64,000 nucleotides of DNA from a virus (IMGVR_UViG_3300033463_000048:39434-103433), one strand, 5' to 3'. Shown: positions 8,874-18,965, counted from the stretch's first letter. Made by a program: numbers and translations. The notes: generated by a model not told the origin, from the sequence alone.

Positions 8874-11243
8874 TTATTCACATTTTAAAATTTTTAAAAC
8901 TTCGCCAACATCGTTTAATTTAATGGATTTAATTCCAACAGTTAATTTTGATTGAAGTGGCACATCGTCAGAGGTTAATTTAATTGTAGAAAGGGAAGAA
9001 CCAATAATTAAGTCGACTTTTTGAGATATAGGTATAAAGTCTGCTAACGAATCAGTTCCGTTAAATTTTTGGATTTTTGAACCTTTAGTATTCTTTCCTT
9101 GAAGGCTAAATTCCTTATAGTCTGTTCTCTTAAAAAGTCCATTACGAGAGATTGAAATAATTTCTTTTGTATCTTTTGGAATTAAATGGGCGGCTATTAC
9201 TTCATCACCTTCATTTAATTTAATACCATGTACTCCCGCAGTTACACGACCAGTGGCGCGGACATCATCCGTTTTAGTAATAAGGAAGTTACCACTCTTG
9301 GTTGCAATACCAATATCTTCTTCATTACAAGGAAGAACCGCAACAATTTTATCACCATTATTAAGGTTGATCGCGCGTAGTGATCCACGTTTTAAGTTAT
9401 ATTCACTTAATTCAGTCTTCTTTAACATACCATCTTTAGTTATAAAGATTATATATTTTTGAGACTTATTAGATTGAGTGAGCGCGCAAACTCGGTTATT
9501 ATCTCCAAGAGAAATATAGTTTGAGATATATGTCTTTTGGTTTAGTTCAATAGAAGATGCTTTACAATTATACACATCACCTGACTCTGTAAAGAAAAGT
9601 AAATCACCCGTATTATCTGTAATAATAGAGGTTGTTACATATTCATCCTTATCGAGTTTGAGTTTATTACCCACACCACCTCTACGCTGAGTATAGAGAG
9701 TAGAGGACTCAATGGCGATTAGGTTATCTTTATTTGTAAGAGAAACCTGAAGTTGTTTTTTCTCTACGGGTTCATCATCAGTAGAAGAAAGATTCATAAC
9801 TCTCGTGCGGCGTGCATCACCAAATTTATCCGCAACTTCTTTCCAACCGTTTATCAACTGTTGGTTAAAGAGTTCTTCTGTATTTAAAATCTTTTCAATA
9901 CGTACGCTTTCTTTAACCAATTCTTCGCGTTCATCTTCAAGTTTCTTTACTTCCAAATGCGCAAGACGAGATAATTTCATATCTAATACGGCTTTTGCCT
10001 GCGCATCATCGAGTAAGAAATTTTTCTGTAATGCGGATGATGCGGTCGCAGTAGAAGAAGAAGTTTTAATTACTTGAACAACTTCCTCAATACTAGCGAG
10101 ACAGATTAAAAGCCCATCTATAATATGAATACGGTCTTTAATTTTCTTAAAATCAAATTCAAAACCACGTCGATATACTTCTTTTTCGTGATCAATATGG
10201 GCTTGAAGCATTTCTTTCCAAGTAAAGACTTTTGGATACCGCCCGTTTTCAAGCATTGTAAAATTAATCCCAAAATAAGATTGAAGAGAAGTATTCTTAA
10301 AAAGATACCTCAATACTTTATCGGGGTTAGCTGTTTTTGTAAGATAAATTTTAATTAGTGGTTTCTCACCGGTTAAATCATTAAATCTATCTATGCCTGG
10401 ATTTGTTAATTTCTTTTTTTCTTCTTCGTTAATTATATCTTCTAATTCTTTACAAATAGTATTCGTATAAACAGAATATGGAATTTCCGTAACTTCAAAA
10501 CATCTATCTTTAGGATTGTATTCAACCACACTTCTTATTTTACAAGCGGCTCCATTACCAACGCGCATAGATTCTTTTACTTCTGCTTCGTTATATAATA
10601 TACCTCCCGTTGCAAAGTCAGGAACACAATATATATCTTCAAAATCACAGTTTGGATTTTGCAAAAGAGTAATAAGTGCATTATTAATTTCTCTTATATT
10701 ATATTGTGGAATTGATGAAGCCGCACCAACTGCTATACCTTGCGAGCCATTACAAATATTGTAAAACCCTTTGCTTGGAATTACAGAAGGCAATTCATTT
10801 CCCTCTATACCAATAGGATTATCCCACCATTCTTTTATGGTATCTTTTGCAATATCATTAAAAAGATATTCTCCTAAAGCAGAAAATCTTATTTTAGTAT
10901 AACGCATAGCCGCCCAGTTTTCACTTTCAATAAGATTACCACCATTACCTTTTACTTCCATAAGAGGATATCTCATAGAAAAAGGCTGTGCAGCTCTCAT
11001 TATGATTCCTAAACAAGACGTATCACCATGTAGATACCAACCACCTTTAAGCGCATCCCCTACGGGACCTGTGGAAGCTTGATGGGGTTTATTGTGGGGA
11101 TACTTGTTTTTATACATACAATAAAATATTGCTCGTGCAGATGGTTTTATTGCATCTCTTACATCAATGAGGGCGCGACTTTGAATTGTCGCACCAGCAT
11201 ATTGAGTAAAACTTTCTTCTATTTTTTCCTTTAGATTACTCAT
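8874..11243 (-). CDS. gyrA: type II DNA topoisomerase subunit A (GyrA/ParC-like)
   Basis: SRALIDVRDAIKPSARAIFYCMY matches the GyrA active-site region; C-terminal beta-pinwheel-like repeats; 789 aa. Confidence 0.85.
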   Translation of the reverse strand: MSNLKEKIEESFTQYAGATIQSRALIDVRDAIKPSARAIFYCMYKNKYPHNKPHQASTGPVGDALKGGWYLHGDTSCLGIIMRAAQPFSMRYPLMEVKGNGGNLIESENWAAMRYTKIRFSALGEYLFNDIAKDTIKEWWDNPIGIEGNELPSVIPSKGFYNICNGSQGIAVGAASSIPQYNIREINNALITLLQNPNCDFEDIYCVPDFATGGILYNEAEVKESMRVGNGAACKIRSVVEYNPKDRCFEVTEIPYSVYTNTICKELEDIINEEEKKKLTNPGIDRFNDLTGEKPLIKIYLTKTANPDKVLRYLFKNTSLQSYFGINFTMLENGRYPKVFTWKEMLQAHIDHEKEVYRRGFEFDFKKIKDRIHIIDGLLICLASIEEVVQVIKTSSSTATASSALQKNFLLDDAQAKAVLDMKLSRLAHLEVKKLEDEREELVKESVRIEKILNTEELFNQQLINGWKEVADKFGDARRTRVMNLSSTDDEPVEKKQLQVSLTNKDNLIAIESSTLYTQRRGGVGNKLKLDKDEYVTTSIITDNTGDLLFFTESGDVYNCKASSIELNQKTYISNYISLGDNNRVCALTQSNKSQKYIIFITKDGMLKKTELSEYNLKRGSLRAINLNNGDKIVAVLPCNEEDIGIATKSGNFLITKTDDVRATGRVTAGVHGIKLNEGDEVIAAHLIPKDTKEIISISRNGLFKRTDYKEFSLQGKNTKGSKIQKFNGTDSLADFIPISQKVDLIIGSSLSTIKLTSDDVPLQSKLTVGIKSIKLNDVGEVLKILKCE

Positions 11244-11246
11244 TAT

Positions 11247-13109
11247 TTACTCCCTTATAGTTGAAAAATCAATTTTATTCATTATAAATTCTTTACGTGG
11301 TTCTACATTTTCACCCATCAAATCATAAAGAAGATTAATTGCTTCTTCATTCCATTCCATAGTTTCCAATCTTTGATATTGTGGACTAAACATAGAAGTT
11401 CTAACCTGTTCTGGCTCTAAAGAACCAAGACCCTTATTACGTTGAATATGTCCTTTTATAGTTGGACGTGCAGCATCCATTTCTTCATCTGTAAAATAAT
11501 AGCTTTCTTTCCCATTATGTTCTACAATATATAATGGAGAACGAAGCCAACATAAACGCCCTTCTTTAATAAATTCAGGCGCAAGGAATTGAAGAGCGGC
11601 CATAATTAAAAGACCAATATGATAACCATCTGCATCGGCATCAGTACATATTGCCAATTTTCCATAGCGCAATTTCTTGGAGTCATATTTTCCGGGAATA
11701 ATGTTCATTGCACTGAGAATAAGTTTAATTTCTTCATTTTCAAAAATTCTTTCTTCAGAATTTGAAAGGCAATTAATTATTTTACCTCTTAAAGCAAGAA
11801 GTCCAAATTTTTTATAATCGCGCCCTTGAGCAACACCGCCCAAAGCAGAATCACCTTCTTGAAGAAGAAGGATAGAATTTTCTCCTAAGAACTCAGCGTC
11901 TTTTAATTTATCAGATGCAAAAACTTTCTTCTTTTGATTTTTTTCTACTTCTTTTACCGCACCCAATACTTGTTGGCGCGCCTTTTCTGCTGCGGCTTCT
12001 GCTTTAGCAATTTTCTTCATTAATTCTACAATAGAATTAAATTCATCTGCGTGTCTAATTTTCATTTGCTTTAATGCATCAGAAAAAGCATTAGACGCGA
12101 GAGTGCGAAGATTTGCATTATTAATTTTCGATTTAGTTTGATTTGCAAAGGAAGGTTGCCCAACAGAACAGTTTATTACATAGAACATGCCCTTGCGGAT
12201 ACTATCCCCATCAAATTCAGATTTAGCAAGATTATTAAAAGTTCTTGTAATTGCGTTCTTTGCGCCCGTCACTGGTGTACCACCTTCGGGACAACGTAAA
12301 CCATTTACAAATACATATGATTGTTCGCGCCCATCAGACCATTGAAAGGCAATTTCAACTTTGTCTCCACTTTCATCTTGCGCGCTACCGGTTACAATAT
12401 GCTTATGTAATGGCTTTTGAATATTGTCTTTTACAAAATCTTGAATACCATTCTTAGAACAAAATGATTTCTTCTTTTTACCATCTTCTATTACTTCAAA
12501 AGTAATCCCGGTATAAAGATAAGAAATTGCTTTAATGTCTTCACAAATTTTGTCATAAGAATAAGTTATATCGCCATTCTTAAAAACTTTGGCGTCGGGC
12601 GCAAACGAGATATAAGTTCCATTCTTTTCTGAAGTTTTAAACTCTTTATAATCTTTAAGATTACCTTCTTCAAAATCTGCTTGCGCGCAAACTCCATCAC
12701 GATAGGATTTTACGGTAAACTTAGTAGAACTTAAACACACACACTTTGCGCCGATACCATTTAAGCCTGATACATTCTTATATACATGATCATCAAACTT
12801 ACCACCTGTATGGGATTTAGAATAGATAGAAACCAATACATTCTCTCCATCTTCTCTAATACCAAAAGGTACTCCACGTCCATAGTCACGTACAGTAATA
12901 GTATTGGTTTTTGTATCAAGGTCAATAGAAATTTTATCTCCATAACCGGCAATTGCTTCGTCAGTAGAGTTATTAATAATTTCCTTAAGTGCTTGATAGG
13001 CTCCATCACTATCATCCGATCCAAGATACATCTGGATACGGGTACGGACACCTGTACGGAAGTCTAATGATTTAATGTCATCAATTCCATAATTTTCCAT
13101 TAAACTCAT
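11247..13109 (-). CDS. gyrB: type II DNA topoisomerase subunit B (GyrB-like GHKL ATPase plus TOPRIM)
   Basis: GHKL motifs (IINNSTDEA, GLNGIGAK), TOPRIM EGDSALG, 620 aa immediately upstream of subunit A. Confidence 0.85.
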   Translation of the reverse strand: MSLMENYGIDDIKSLDFRTGVRTRIQMYLGSDDSDGAYQALKEIINNSTDEAIAGYGDKISIDLDTKTNTITVRDYGRGVPFGIREDGENVLVSIYSKSHTGGKFDDHVYKNVSGLNGIGAKCVCLSSTKFTVKSYRDGVCAQADFEEGNLKDYKEFKTSEKNGTYISFAPDAKVFKNGDITYSYDKICEDIKAISYLYTGITFEVIEDGKKKKSFCSKNGIQDFVKDNIQKPLHKHIVTGSAQDESGDKVEIAFQWSDGREQSYVFVNGLRCPEGGTPVTGAKNAITRTFNNLAKSEFDGDSIRKGMFYVINCSVGQPSFANQTKSKINNANLRTLASNAFSDALKQMKIRHADEFNSIVELMKKIAKAEAAAEKARQQVLGAVKEVEKNQKKKVFASDKLKDAEFLGENSILLLQEGDSALGGVAQGRDYKKFGLLALRGKIINCLSNSEERIFENEEIKLILSAMNIIPGKYDSKKLRYGKLAICTDADADGYHIGLLIMAALQFLAPEFIKEGRLCWLRSPLYIVEHNGKESYYFTDEEMDAARPTIKGHIQRNKGLGSLEPEQVRTSMFSPQYQRLETMEWNEEAINLLYDLMGENVEPRKEFIMNKIDFSTIRE

Positions 13110-13125
13110 ACTCCTTCTATTTTAT

Positions 13126-13188
13126 ATATAAATTATACAATAATTTTGTTTAAAAATCAAATTTAGGCATCATTTATTGATGCCTAAA
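13126..13188 (-). promoter_or_regulatory. terminator hairpin (ttaggcatca...tgatgcctaa) followed by conserved promoter (minus orientation) upstream of gyrB-like gene
   Basis: attata 13132-37, aatcaa 13155-60, 17-bp spacer; hairpin 13163-13188. Confidence 0.65.
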
Positions 13189-13901
13189 GCTTTTTCAGTA
13201 TTTTCTTTAAATTTAATGTGTAATAATCCCGCAGATGGATCCCACGGTTTTGGATATATACAATGAACTATGGTTAATGGAATTTTTTCTACCTCACTTT
13301 GTCTATCAGTTAAACGAGAACAATTATAACAATGATTAATAAATTTTATTTTCCCCTTACAGATTGTATTAATAGCATCTTGGTCTGGGAATTTTAATTT
13401 TTTGGTTTGAAGTAAATTACATAATTTTAAATCAATATGATCTCTACGCATAGCACGCAAATTAAGAAGTAAAACACCACTATTTATATAATTTTCTTTT
13501 GTATGAATTCCAGTTTCTGCTTCTTTTACTCCACACATATAATTTTCTTCAAAATCAGTATTCCATAAATTTTTTATTTTATTATAAAAGAAAACGTCTA
13601 AATCAAGATAAAGTATTTTATCTTCAAGTAAAATTTGAGAAACATAACAACGAGTAAAAGACATATACGTCCAAGCATTATCTTTATTTGGTCCATCTTT
13701 TATATATTTTGGAAAATTATTTATATTAACTAATCTAACTCTTTTATCTAAAGGGTATGGAAATTCATCATCTTCTATAAAAAGATAAATACGATATACT
13801 TCTGGATTAGTTTTAACCAAATTATATATAATACCTGGCGCATATTCATATAAGTTTCTTGTAATGGAAAACATTACGGTTATATCATTATTACCATCCA
13901 T
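13170..13901 (-). CDS. family 8 glycosyltransferase (LgtC/galactosyl- or glucosyltransferase-like)
   Basis: DLDVFF (DxD), NSGVLLLNL and HCxxPKPW motifs typical of GT8. Confidence 0.7.
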   Translation of the reverse strand: MDGNNDITVMFSITRNLYEYAPGIIYNLVKTNPEVYRIYLFIEDDEFPYPLDKRVRLVNINNFPKYIKDGPNKDNAWTYMSFTRCYVSQILLEDKILYLDLDVFFYNKIKNLWNTDFEENYMCGVKEAETGIHTKENYINSGVLLLNLRAMRRDHIDLKLCNLLQTKKLKFPDQDAINTICKGKIKFINHCYNCSRLTDRQSEVEKIPLTIVHCIYPKPWDPSAGLLHIKFKENTEKALGINK

Positions 13902-14964
13902 ACATTTCTTTCTCCCGTTTAGTTTTCTTTGGCATATTTGTCCAAACTAACAAATCACGTGCTCTTGTGGCTGCTACATAACTTAAGCACTTTTCTTCAG
14001 TATTATACATACGCGCCCCAACCACAATTACGTTCTTTCGCTCTAAGCCTTTCGCGCTATGAATTGTGAGGATTTTAACTGTGTTGTCTTCCATTTTTTC
14101 TCGAAGTTGTTCTGTGGTTAATTCGTTTCTTTTAAGTATATCGTATGGAAGTCCAACATCTTTAAATTTTCGTGCCACTTCATCAATTTGCGCATTAGTA
14201 CGAGTAAGAACAAACCAATCACGATATTCGTCTGTACTCTTTCTAATTCCTTTTACAATTTTACTTAAGTCATAAGTCATATCATAAACTTTACCGATAT
14301 TATCTCGCGCGGGATAAGATGTGTCCATATAATCTAATCCGGCAAGATTGATAATACGTTTTGCAAAATTTAATATCGCGCGACTATTACGGAAATTTTT
14401 GGTTAGGTCGTAGGTTTTTATTTTGGGGTCTTTTGCTAAGTCAAGGAGTATGTCAGGTCGGCTACCGCGGAACGTATAAATACTTTGACGCCAATCGCCC
14501 ACCATCATCCATTTCTTTGGCTTAATATAGTCAAGGATAACCTTAAACTGCATATCTGTAGAATCTTGCGCCTCATCAAGAAATAGATAATCCACTTCTC
14601 TAATACAATGAAGATTCTTACTAATTAAGTTAAACAAATCATCAAACTTTTCTTCTGATATAATAAAAGAAGTATCAATTCCATTTGAAGTTAAAAGAGA
14701 ATTAACATAAGAATGGATAGTTCCTACAAACATTCCATCTTTATAATCTTCCCCAAGGCGTGCACGTAGAACTTCTGCGGCGTTATTTGTGAAAGTAAAA
14801 ACTACAATTCGCACGGGATTGGTATCTGGCATTTGAAGTACTTTTCTAACCTTTTCAGTTAAAGTTTCTGTTTTTCCACTTGCGGCTGTAGCATTTACTA
14901 CAATAAAATCTTCTGTTGAATTGATAACTGCTTGCTGTTCTTCTGTAAAATCTTTATATTCCAT
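13891..14964 (-). CDS. compact UvrD/PcrA-like SF1 helicase
   Basis: Motif I VVNATAASGKT, motif VI-like LTIHSAKGLERKNVIVVGA; 357 aa. Confidence 0.6.
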   Translation of the reverse strand: MEYKDFTEEQQAVINSTEDFIVVNATAASGKTETLTEKVRKVLQMPDTNPVRIVVFTFTNNAAEVLRARLGEDYKDGMFVGTIHSYVNSLLTSNGIDTSFIISEEKFDDLFNLISKNLHCIREVDYLFLDEAQDSTDMQFKVILDYIKPKKWMMVGDWRQSIYTFRGSRPDILLDLAKDPKIKTYDLTKNFRNSRAILNFAKRIINLAGLDYMDTSYPARDNIGKVYDMTYDLSKIVKGIRKSTDEYRDWFVLTRTNAQIDEVARKFKDVGLPYDILKRNELTTEQLREKMEDNTVKILTIHSAKGLERKNVIVVGARMYNTEEKCLSYVAATRARDLLVWTNMPKKTKREKEMYGW

Positions 14965-16052
14965 TAATTTTCCTCTTCTACTTGATATTCTATAAGTTTT
15001 CTTTTTTGAGAATTAGAATACCTAAAATATCTATTATGAGTATGCTTCTTTTTTCCATCGCAAACTTTTTTGATGTCATTATAAGAAAAACCCAATTCTT
15101 TTTCTGCTTGTGTGGAAGATTTATATTTTTTAATAATACTACCATTTTCATCTATTTCTTCTATTTCACAACATTGAGAAGATAAAAGATATTTTTCATA
15201 TCGTTCTTCAAAACTATCTATTCCATTAAGTCTAAACCAAATATACCCTCCAGCGGTAATTTGATTACCTAATGCTGCGGCTTTTATACTACTAACATCT
15301 ATTTTTAATTGTTTTGATGCTTCACCAGCACTTTTCCAATTCTTAACAAAATTACCCTCTAAGTCATATTGACAGAGTATTTTTGTTATTGTTTTATTAT
15401 TTTTAACATCTTCTATTATTTTATTTATATTTTGTTCATCTTTCTTATAAATCCATATATAACCACATCCATAATGATGTGAAGGAATAAGTTTAGGCAA
15501 ATCTAAACCAGTTTCTTTTTTTGCTTGAGCGTAATTTTCATATATTCCAATTAAGTCTCCATTAAAGGTATATTGTAGCACTGTTCGCGGTTGACAATAT
15601 AATTCCAAAGACTTAACTCTTTTTAGAATACAGCTACGAGATGCGCCTAAAAGATTAGCAACCACAGGAACAGATTTTAATTCTTTATATGCTTCTATAA
15701 TTTCTTCATCAGAGAATTTTTGATGACCGCTACCACCACTTGAGATATTATATCCTATTTCCTTATTTGTTGAATTATATAAATCAATATAATATATTTC
15801 TTTATCATTTAATTCTTCATTTTTTACTCTTTCTAGTATTTCTCTTTTAAAATTTTTTTTACCATATTTTTTAATAGCATTACATAAAGCAGGACAATCA
15901 TTATTTGGATTATTATAAGCCCAAAAAATATGTTGCTGCCATCTTATGGGTTCTGGTACAATAGTTTGACCTATATATATTTTATTATTAATTAAATTTG
16001 TAATTTTATAAATTACTCCCATATTATCCTCCAGACTTAATATTATATCCAT
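14964..16052 (-). CDS. GIY-YIG homing endonuclease
   Basis: GVIYKITNLINNKIYIGQT ... YNISSGG GIY-YIG core; C-terminal DNA-binding repeats. Confidence 0.8.
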   Translation of the reverse strand: MDIILSLEDNMGVIYKITNLINNKIYIGQTIVPEPIRWQQHIFWAYNNPNNDCPALCNAIKKYGKKNFKREILERVKNEELNDKEIYYIDLYNSTNKEIGYNISSGGSGHQKFSDEEIIEAYKELKSVPVVANLLGASRSCILKRVKSLELYCQPRTVLQYTFNGDLIGIYENYAQAKKETGLDLPKLIPSHHYGCGYIWIYKKDEQNINKIIEDVKNNKTITKILCQYDLEGNFVKNWKSAGEASKQLKIDVSSIKAAALGNQITAGGYIWFRLNGIDSFEERYEKYLLSSQCCEIEEIDENGSIIKKYKSSTQAEKELGFSYNDIKKVCDGKKKHTHNRYFRYSNSQKRKLIEYQVEEEN

Positions 16053-17070
16053 AGATATCTGATTTATAAAAATCTATATAAAATTTTTCTCTTTCACCTA
16101 GATTTTTATCTAATGGAACTTCTTCTAATATTGTAAAAGTAAAATTATCCCAATTACTAAATAATGCTTTATGGATATTTGTTCTACTTATTGTTCCAAT
16201 ATTAAGTGAGGTTTTTATGTGCTCAGTCCATCTTTTTGTGATTTCTGCTTTAGTTTTACCTATATAAATTTCTCCACTTTTTTCATTTTTAATCATATAT
16301 ATAACATTTTTGGGATCTTTATTTCCTAAAGTTCTTTTCAGCATATTTTTAAAAGGTTGTTGAATATATTCTGTCCATATTATTTTATAAATGGTTTCTT
16401 TATTATTAAAATGATTTAATATAGAAACCAAATAGTTTATATCTGCTTTTGCTTCATCGGATAAACAAACTCTATAGAAATCTTGATTTTCAGAAATTTC
16501 ACGTTGACGTAGAATTTCCTTATTTATAACTTCGCGTTTTTGACGATAGTCTTCAACTTCTGTTTTAAGAGAAGAAAGTTCGAGATTCGCCCTCTCGATT
16601 TCTTCTCTATGCTTTTCCAAGAACTCTTCTAATTCTTCGCTTGACTCAGATTTAAGTTGTGAGAGTATAGAATCAAGTTGAGATTTATAAGAAGTATAAT
16701 TGGAATTATAGTAGTTTTGAAGAGTAAGGTCAATATTGTCTTTTTTAATTTGGAGTTGATTTTGAAGTTGAGCTTCAATTTCTTGCGCGCTTTCACGCTT
16801 AGATTCCAAAGTTTTTTCAATGCCGCGCAGATTAGATTTAGCAACTTCAGCATTTGCAATGGCCACGTCTGCGAGATTTTTGGCTTGGGTAAGTCTTTCT
16901 TCCTCTTTCCGCTCCAAGGACGAAATTTCCCATAATCTATTTTTATAAGATTCTTCTAATTTTTTATTTAATTCTATATAACTATCTTTAGAAAGTTTAT
17001 TTACTTTCTTTTTAAAGTAAATTATATAAATTAATAAACCTATAATTAAAGTAATTAAAAAATAATACAT
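16024..17070 (-). CDS. membrane-anchored coiled-coil protein with C-terminal GIY-YIG nuclease domain
   Basis: N-terminal TM helix LITLIIGLLIYIIYF, long Glu/Lys/Leu-rich heptad region, C-terminal VIYMIKNEKSGEIYIGKT...YNIKSGG. Confidence 0.6.
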   Translation of the reverse strand: MYYFLITLIIGLLIYIIYFKKKVNKLSKDSYIELNKKLEESYKNRLWEISSLERKEEERLTQAKNLADVAIANAEVAKSNLRGIEKTLESKRESAQEIEAQLQNQLQIKKDNIDLTLQNYYNSNYTSYKSQLDSILSQLKSESSEELEEFLEKHREEIERANLELSSLKTEVEDYRQKREVINKEILRQREISENQDFYRVCLSDEAKADINYLVSILNHFNNKETIYKIIWTEYIQQPFKNMLKRTLGNKDPKNVIYMIKNEKSGEIYIGKTKAEITKRWTEHIKTSLNIGTISRTNIHKALFSNWDNFTFTILEEVPLDKNLGEREKFYIDFYKSDIYGYNIKSGG

Positions 17071-17078
17071 ATAAATTA

Positions 17079-17125
17079 CCCTCCCTTATATAGTAATTAT
17101 ACCATAAATAAGAGAGGGTGTCAAA
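17079..17125 (-). promoter_or_regulatory. promoter (TTGACA-17-TATAAT, minus strand) whose -10 lies in the loop of an 10-bp hairpin
   Basis: ccctccctta 17079-88 / taagagaggg 17109-18; attata 17096-17101; tgtcaa 17119-24. Confidence 0.55.
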
Positions 17126-17129
17126 TTTT

Positions 17130-17645
17130 TCAATTTATAAAAAGCTCTTCATCATCCGATACAACTTCCCAATCAACGGTGCGTAAATACATTCGTTCTA
17201 TTCTTCCATTACCGTCTTCGTTTTTATAATCAATATATAACTTATCTAAAATTTCCCTATCTGTTTCCGGAATTTTTCTTATCTTCTTATATTTACTATA
17301 AATACGCTCTATATCAGTACGAAGTAAATCGCGGTTACTTGCATTTAATAAATTAATTTTATGATCGATTCCACCGATAATTTCTTTAAATTCCATATCT
17401 GCGTCATGAAGTTTTGTAAATTCTGGCTGTAATGCGTTCTTTACATCTTCAATTATGGTTTTTCGTAGTTTTTTATTTTCATCTTCCTTCTTTTTCTTAA
17501 TACGTTTACCAAAGAATAGAGTAACCCCTTTCATTCCACCAAGGATCACTCCAACTGCTGCCACAATAGAAGAAACGTAAATTAAAAAATCTACGATATT
17601 AAATACGAATAAAAATGATAACATTCTGTTGCGCCTCCCACACAC
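17130..17645 (-). CDS. small membrane protein (one TM, basic and acidic C-terminal region)
   Basis: Hydrophobic segment LSFLFVFNIVDFLIYVSSIVAAVGVIL; function unknown. Confidence 0.4.
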   Translation of the reverse strand: MCGRRNRMLSFLFVFNIVDFLIYVSSIVAAVGVILGGMKGVTLFFGKRIKKKKEDENKKLRKTIIEDVKNALQPEFTKLHDADMEFKEIIGGIDHKINLLNASNRDLLRTDIERIYSKYKKIRKIPETDREILDKLYIDYKNEDGNGRIERMYLRTVDWEVVSDDEELFIN

Positions 17646-17749
17646 GCTTTCTAACTAAAAGTGGAAGAATTATAAAGGGACTCAAAAAAGGTGATAGTCG
17701 AAGTAATTTTTTTACTTTATAAAAGAAGAAAGGACTTAAGGAGGCTTTT

Positions 17750-18067
17750 ATGGTTTGGATTAAGGATAAAGAAAATGAAATTCATTTTACAAGAGGAGAT
17801 AGCGGAAATTTCTCTGTAAGTTTATTTAATAAAGATGGAAGCGCATGTACGATGGGCGCAAATGATACAATTATTTTTTCTATGAGAAATGACCAAATGG
17901 TTGTGTTGACCAAAACTTTTACTACAAATCAAATTATAATTAACCCAAGTGATACAAAAAAACTCGCCTGTCAGCCTTATAGATATGAAGTTGAATTACA
18001 TAGTGGAAATAATGTATATACTGTAATTGCTTGGTCACTTTTTATTTTGGAAAGAGAGGTTTTATAA
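17750..18067 (+). CDS. hypothetical protein (first gene of plus-strand structural block)
   Basis: RBS aaggagg upstream; 105 aa. Confidence 0.45.
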   Translation: MVWIKDKENEIHFTRGDSGNFSVSLFNKDGSACTMGANDTIIFSMRNDQMVVLTKTFTTNQIIINPSDTKKLACQPYRYEVELHSGNNVYTVIAWSLFILEREVL

Positions 18068-18247
18068 TGGATTTGATGCCGGGGATTATGGACTTGAGTC
18101 GTCCTAATTATAAAGATAGTGAAATATATGGGAAAATTAAAATAGATAACTATGTAGTTGGCGCGCTCACCATAAACTCTTTGGTTACGGCAACCATAAA
18201 TACTGTAAATTATGTTGAGGGCGCAGTACACGTAGAGGGAGTAAATA

Positions 18248-18604
18248 ATGAATGAGGGATATATTTTAAGAGGAACTACTCCTCATTTAACAATTAAACT
18301 TAAACCTCAAGACCTCACAGTCGATCAAATAGATGCGCTTGAATGGTGTTTTAAACAAGGAAAGATAATTTTAAAGAAAGGATTAAATGACTGTATTGTT
18401 GATACGGAATTAAATACAGTTACATATCATTTCTTAGAGTCTGAAACCCTTATGTTTGGTACAGATTCAAGCGTGAAATTCCAACTTAGATTTAAAGTTG
18501 GAAATGAGTTAATTGGTACGAAGGAAGCAAAACTTACCTTTACTGAACTTTTGAGTAATTCTGAGTTTGAGGATGAAGGAAATGTTGAACAACCTGGAAC
18601 TTAA
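18248..18604 (+). CDS. hypothetical virion-associated protein
   Basis: ORF with RBS ggaggg; overlaps neighbours. Confidence 0.45.
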   Translation: MNEGYILRGTTPHLTIKLKPQDLTVDQIDALEWCFKQGKIILKKGLNDCIVDTELNTVTYHFLESETLMFGTDSSVKFQLRFKVGNELIGTKEAKLTFTELLSNSEFEDEGNVEQPGT

Positions 18605-18965
18605 TATGAAAGTTATAAAGCCAATTAAACTAATTGATTGTGAGATTAGTCTTGATGGGAACTACTTAGATATAGAAAAAGAAATTAATTCTGCTTCAAT
18701 TACTGTAGATTTAGATTGGGAATTAGATATAGAAACCGAAATGAGTTTAAATTTGGTTAGCTATGAATTTGAAGTGGATTTAATGTATAGAGTGGAGGGT
18801 GGCGGTCAGTACCCGGAATATCATGGCCCGTATCTTGTAATTCCAAAATCAGTTGATCAAGAATTAGGTACAAAGGATAAAATTACAAAAAGAAATGTAT
18901 TAGTAAAAGAAGTCCCTACGGCGGAAACTTCAAACACAAAGGGATATACTTTTACTATATTATAG
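18567..18965 (+). CDS. hypothetical virion-associated protein
   Basis: 132-aa ORF in structural block. Confidence 0.4.
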   Translation: MRMKEMLNNLELNMKVIKPIKLIDCEISLDGNYLDIEKEINSASITVDLDWELDIETEMSLNLVSYEFEVDLMYRVEGGGQYPEYHGPYLVIPKSVDQELGTKDKITKRNVLVKEVPTAETSNTKGYTFTIL

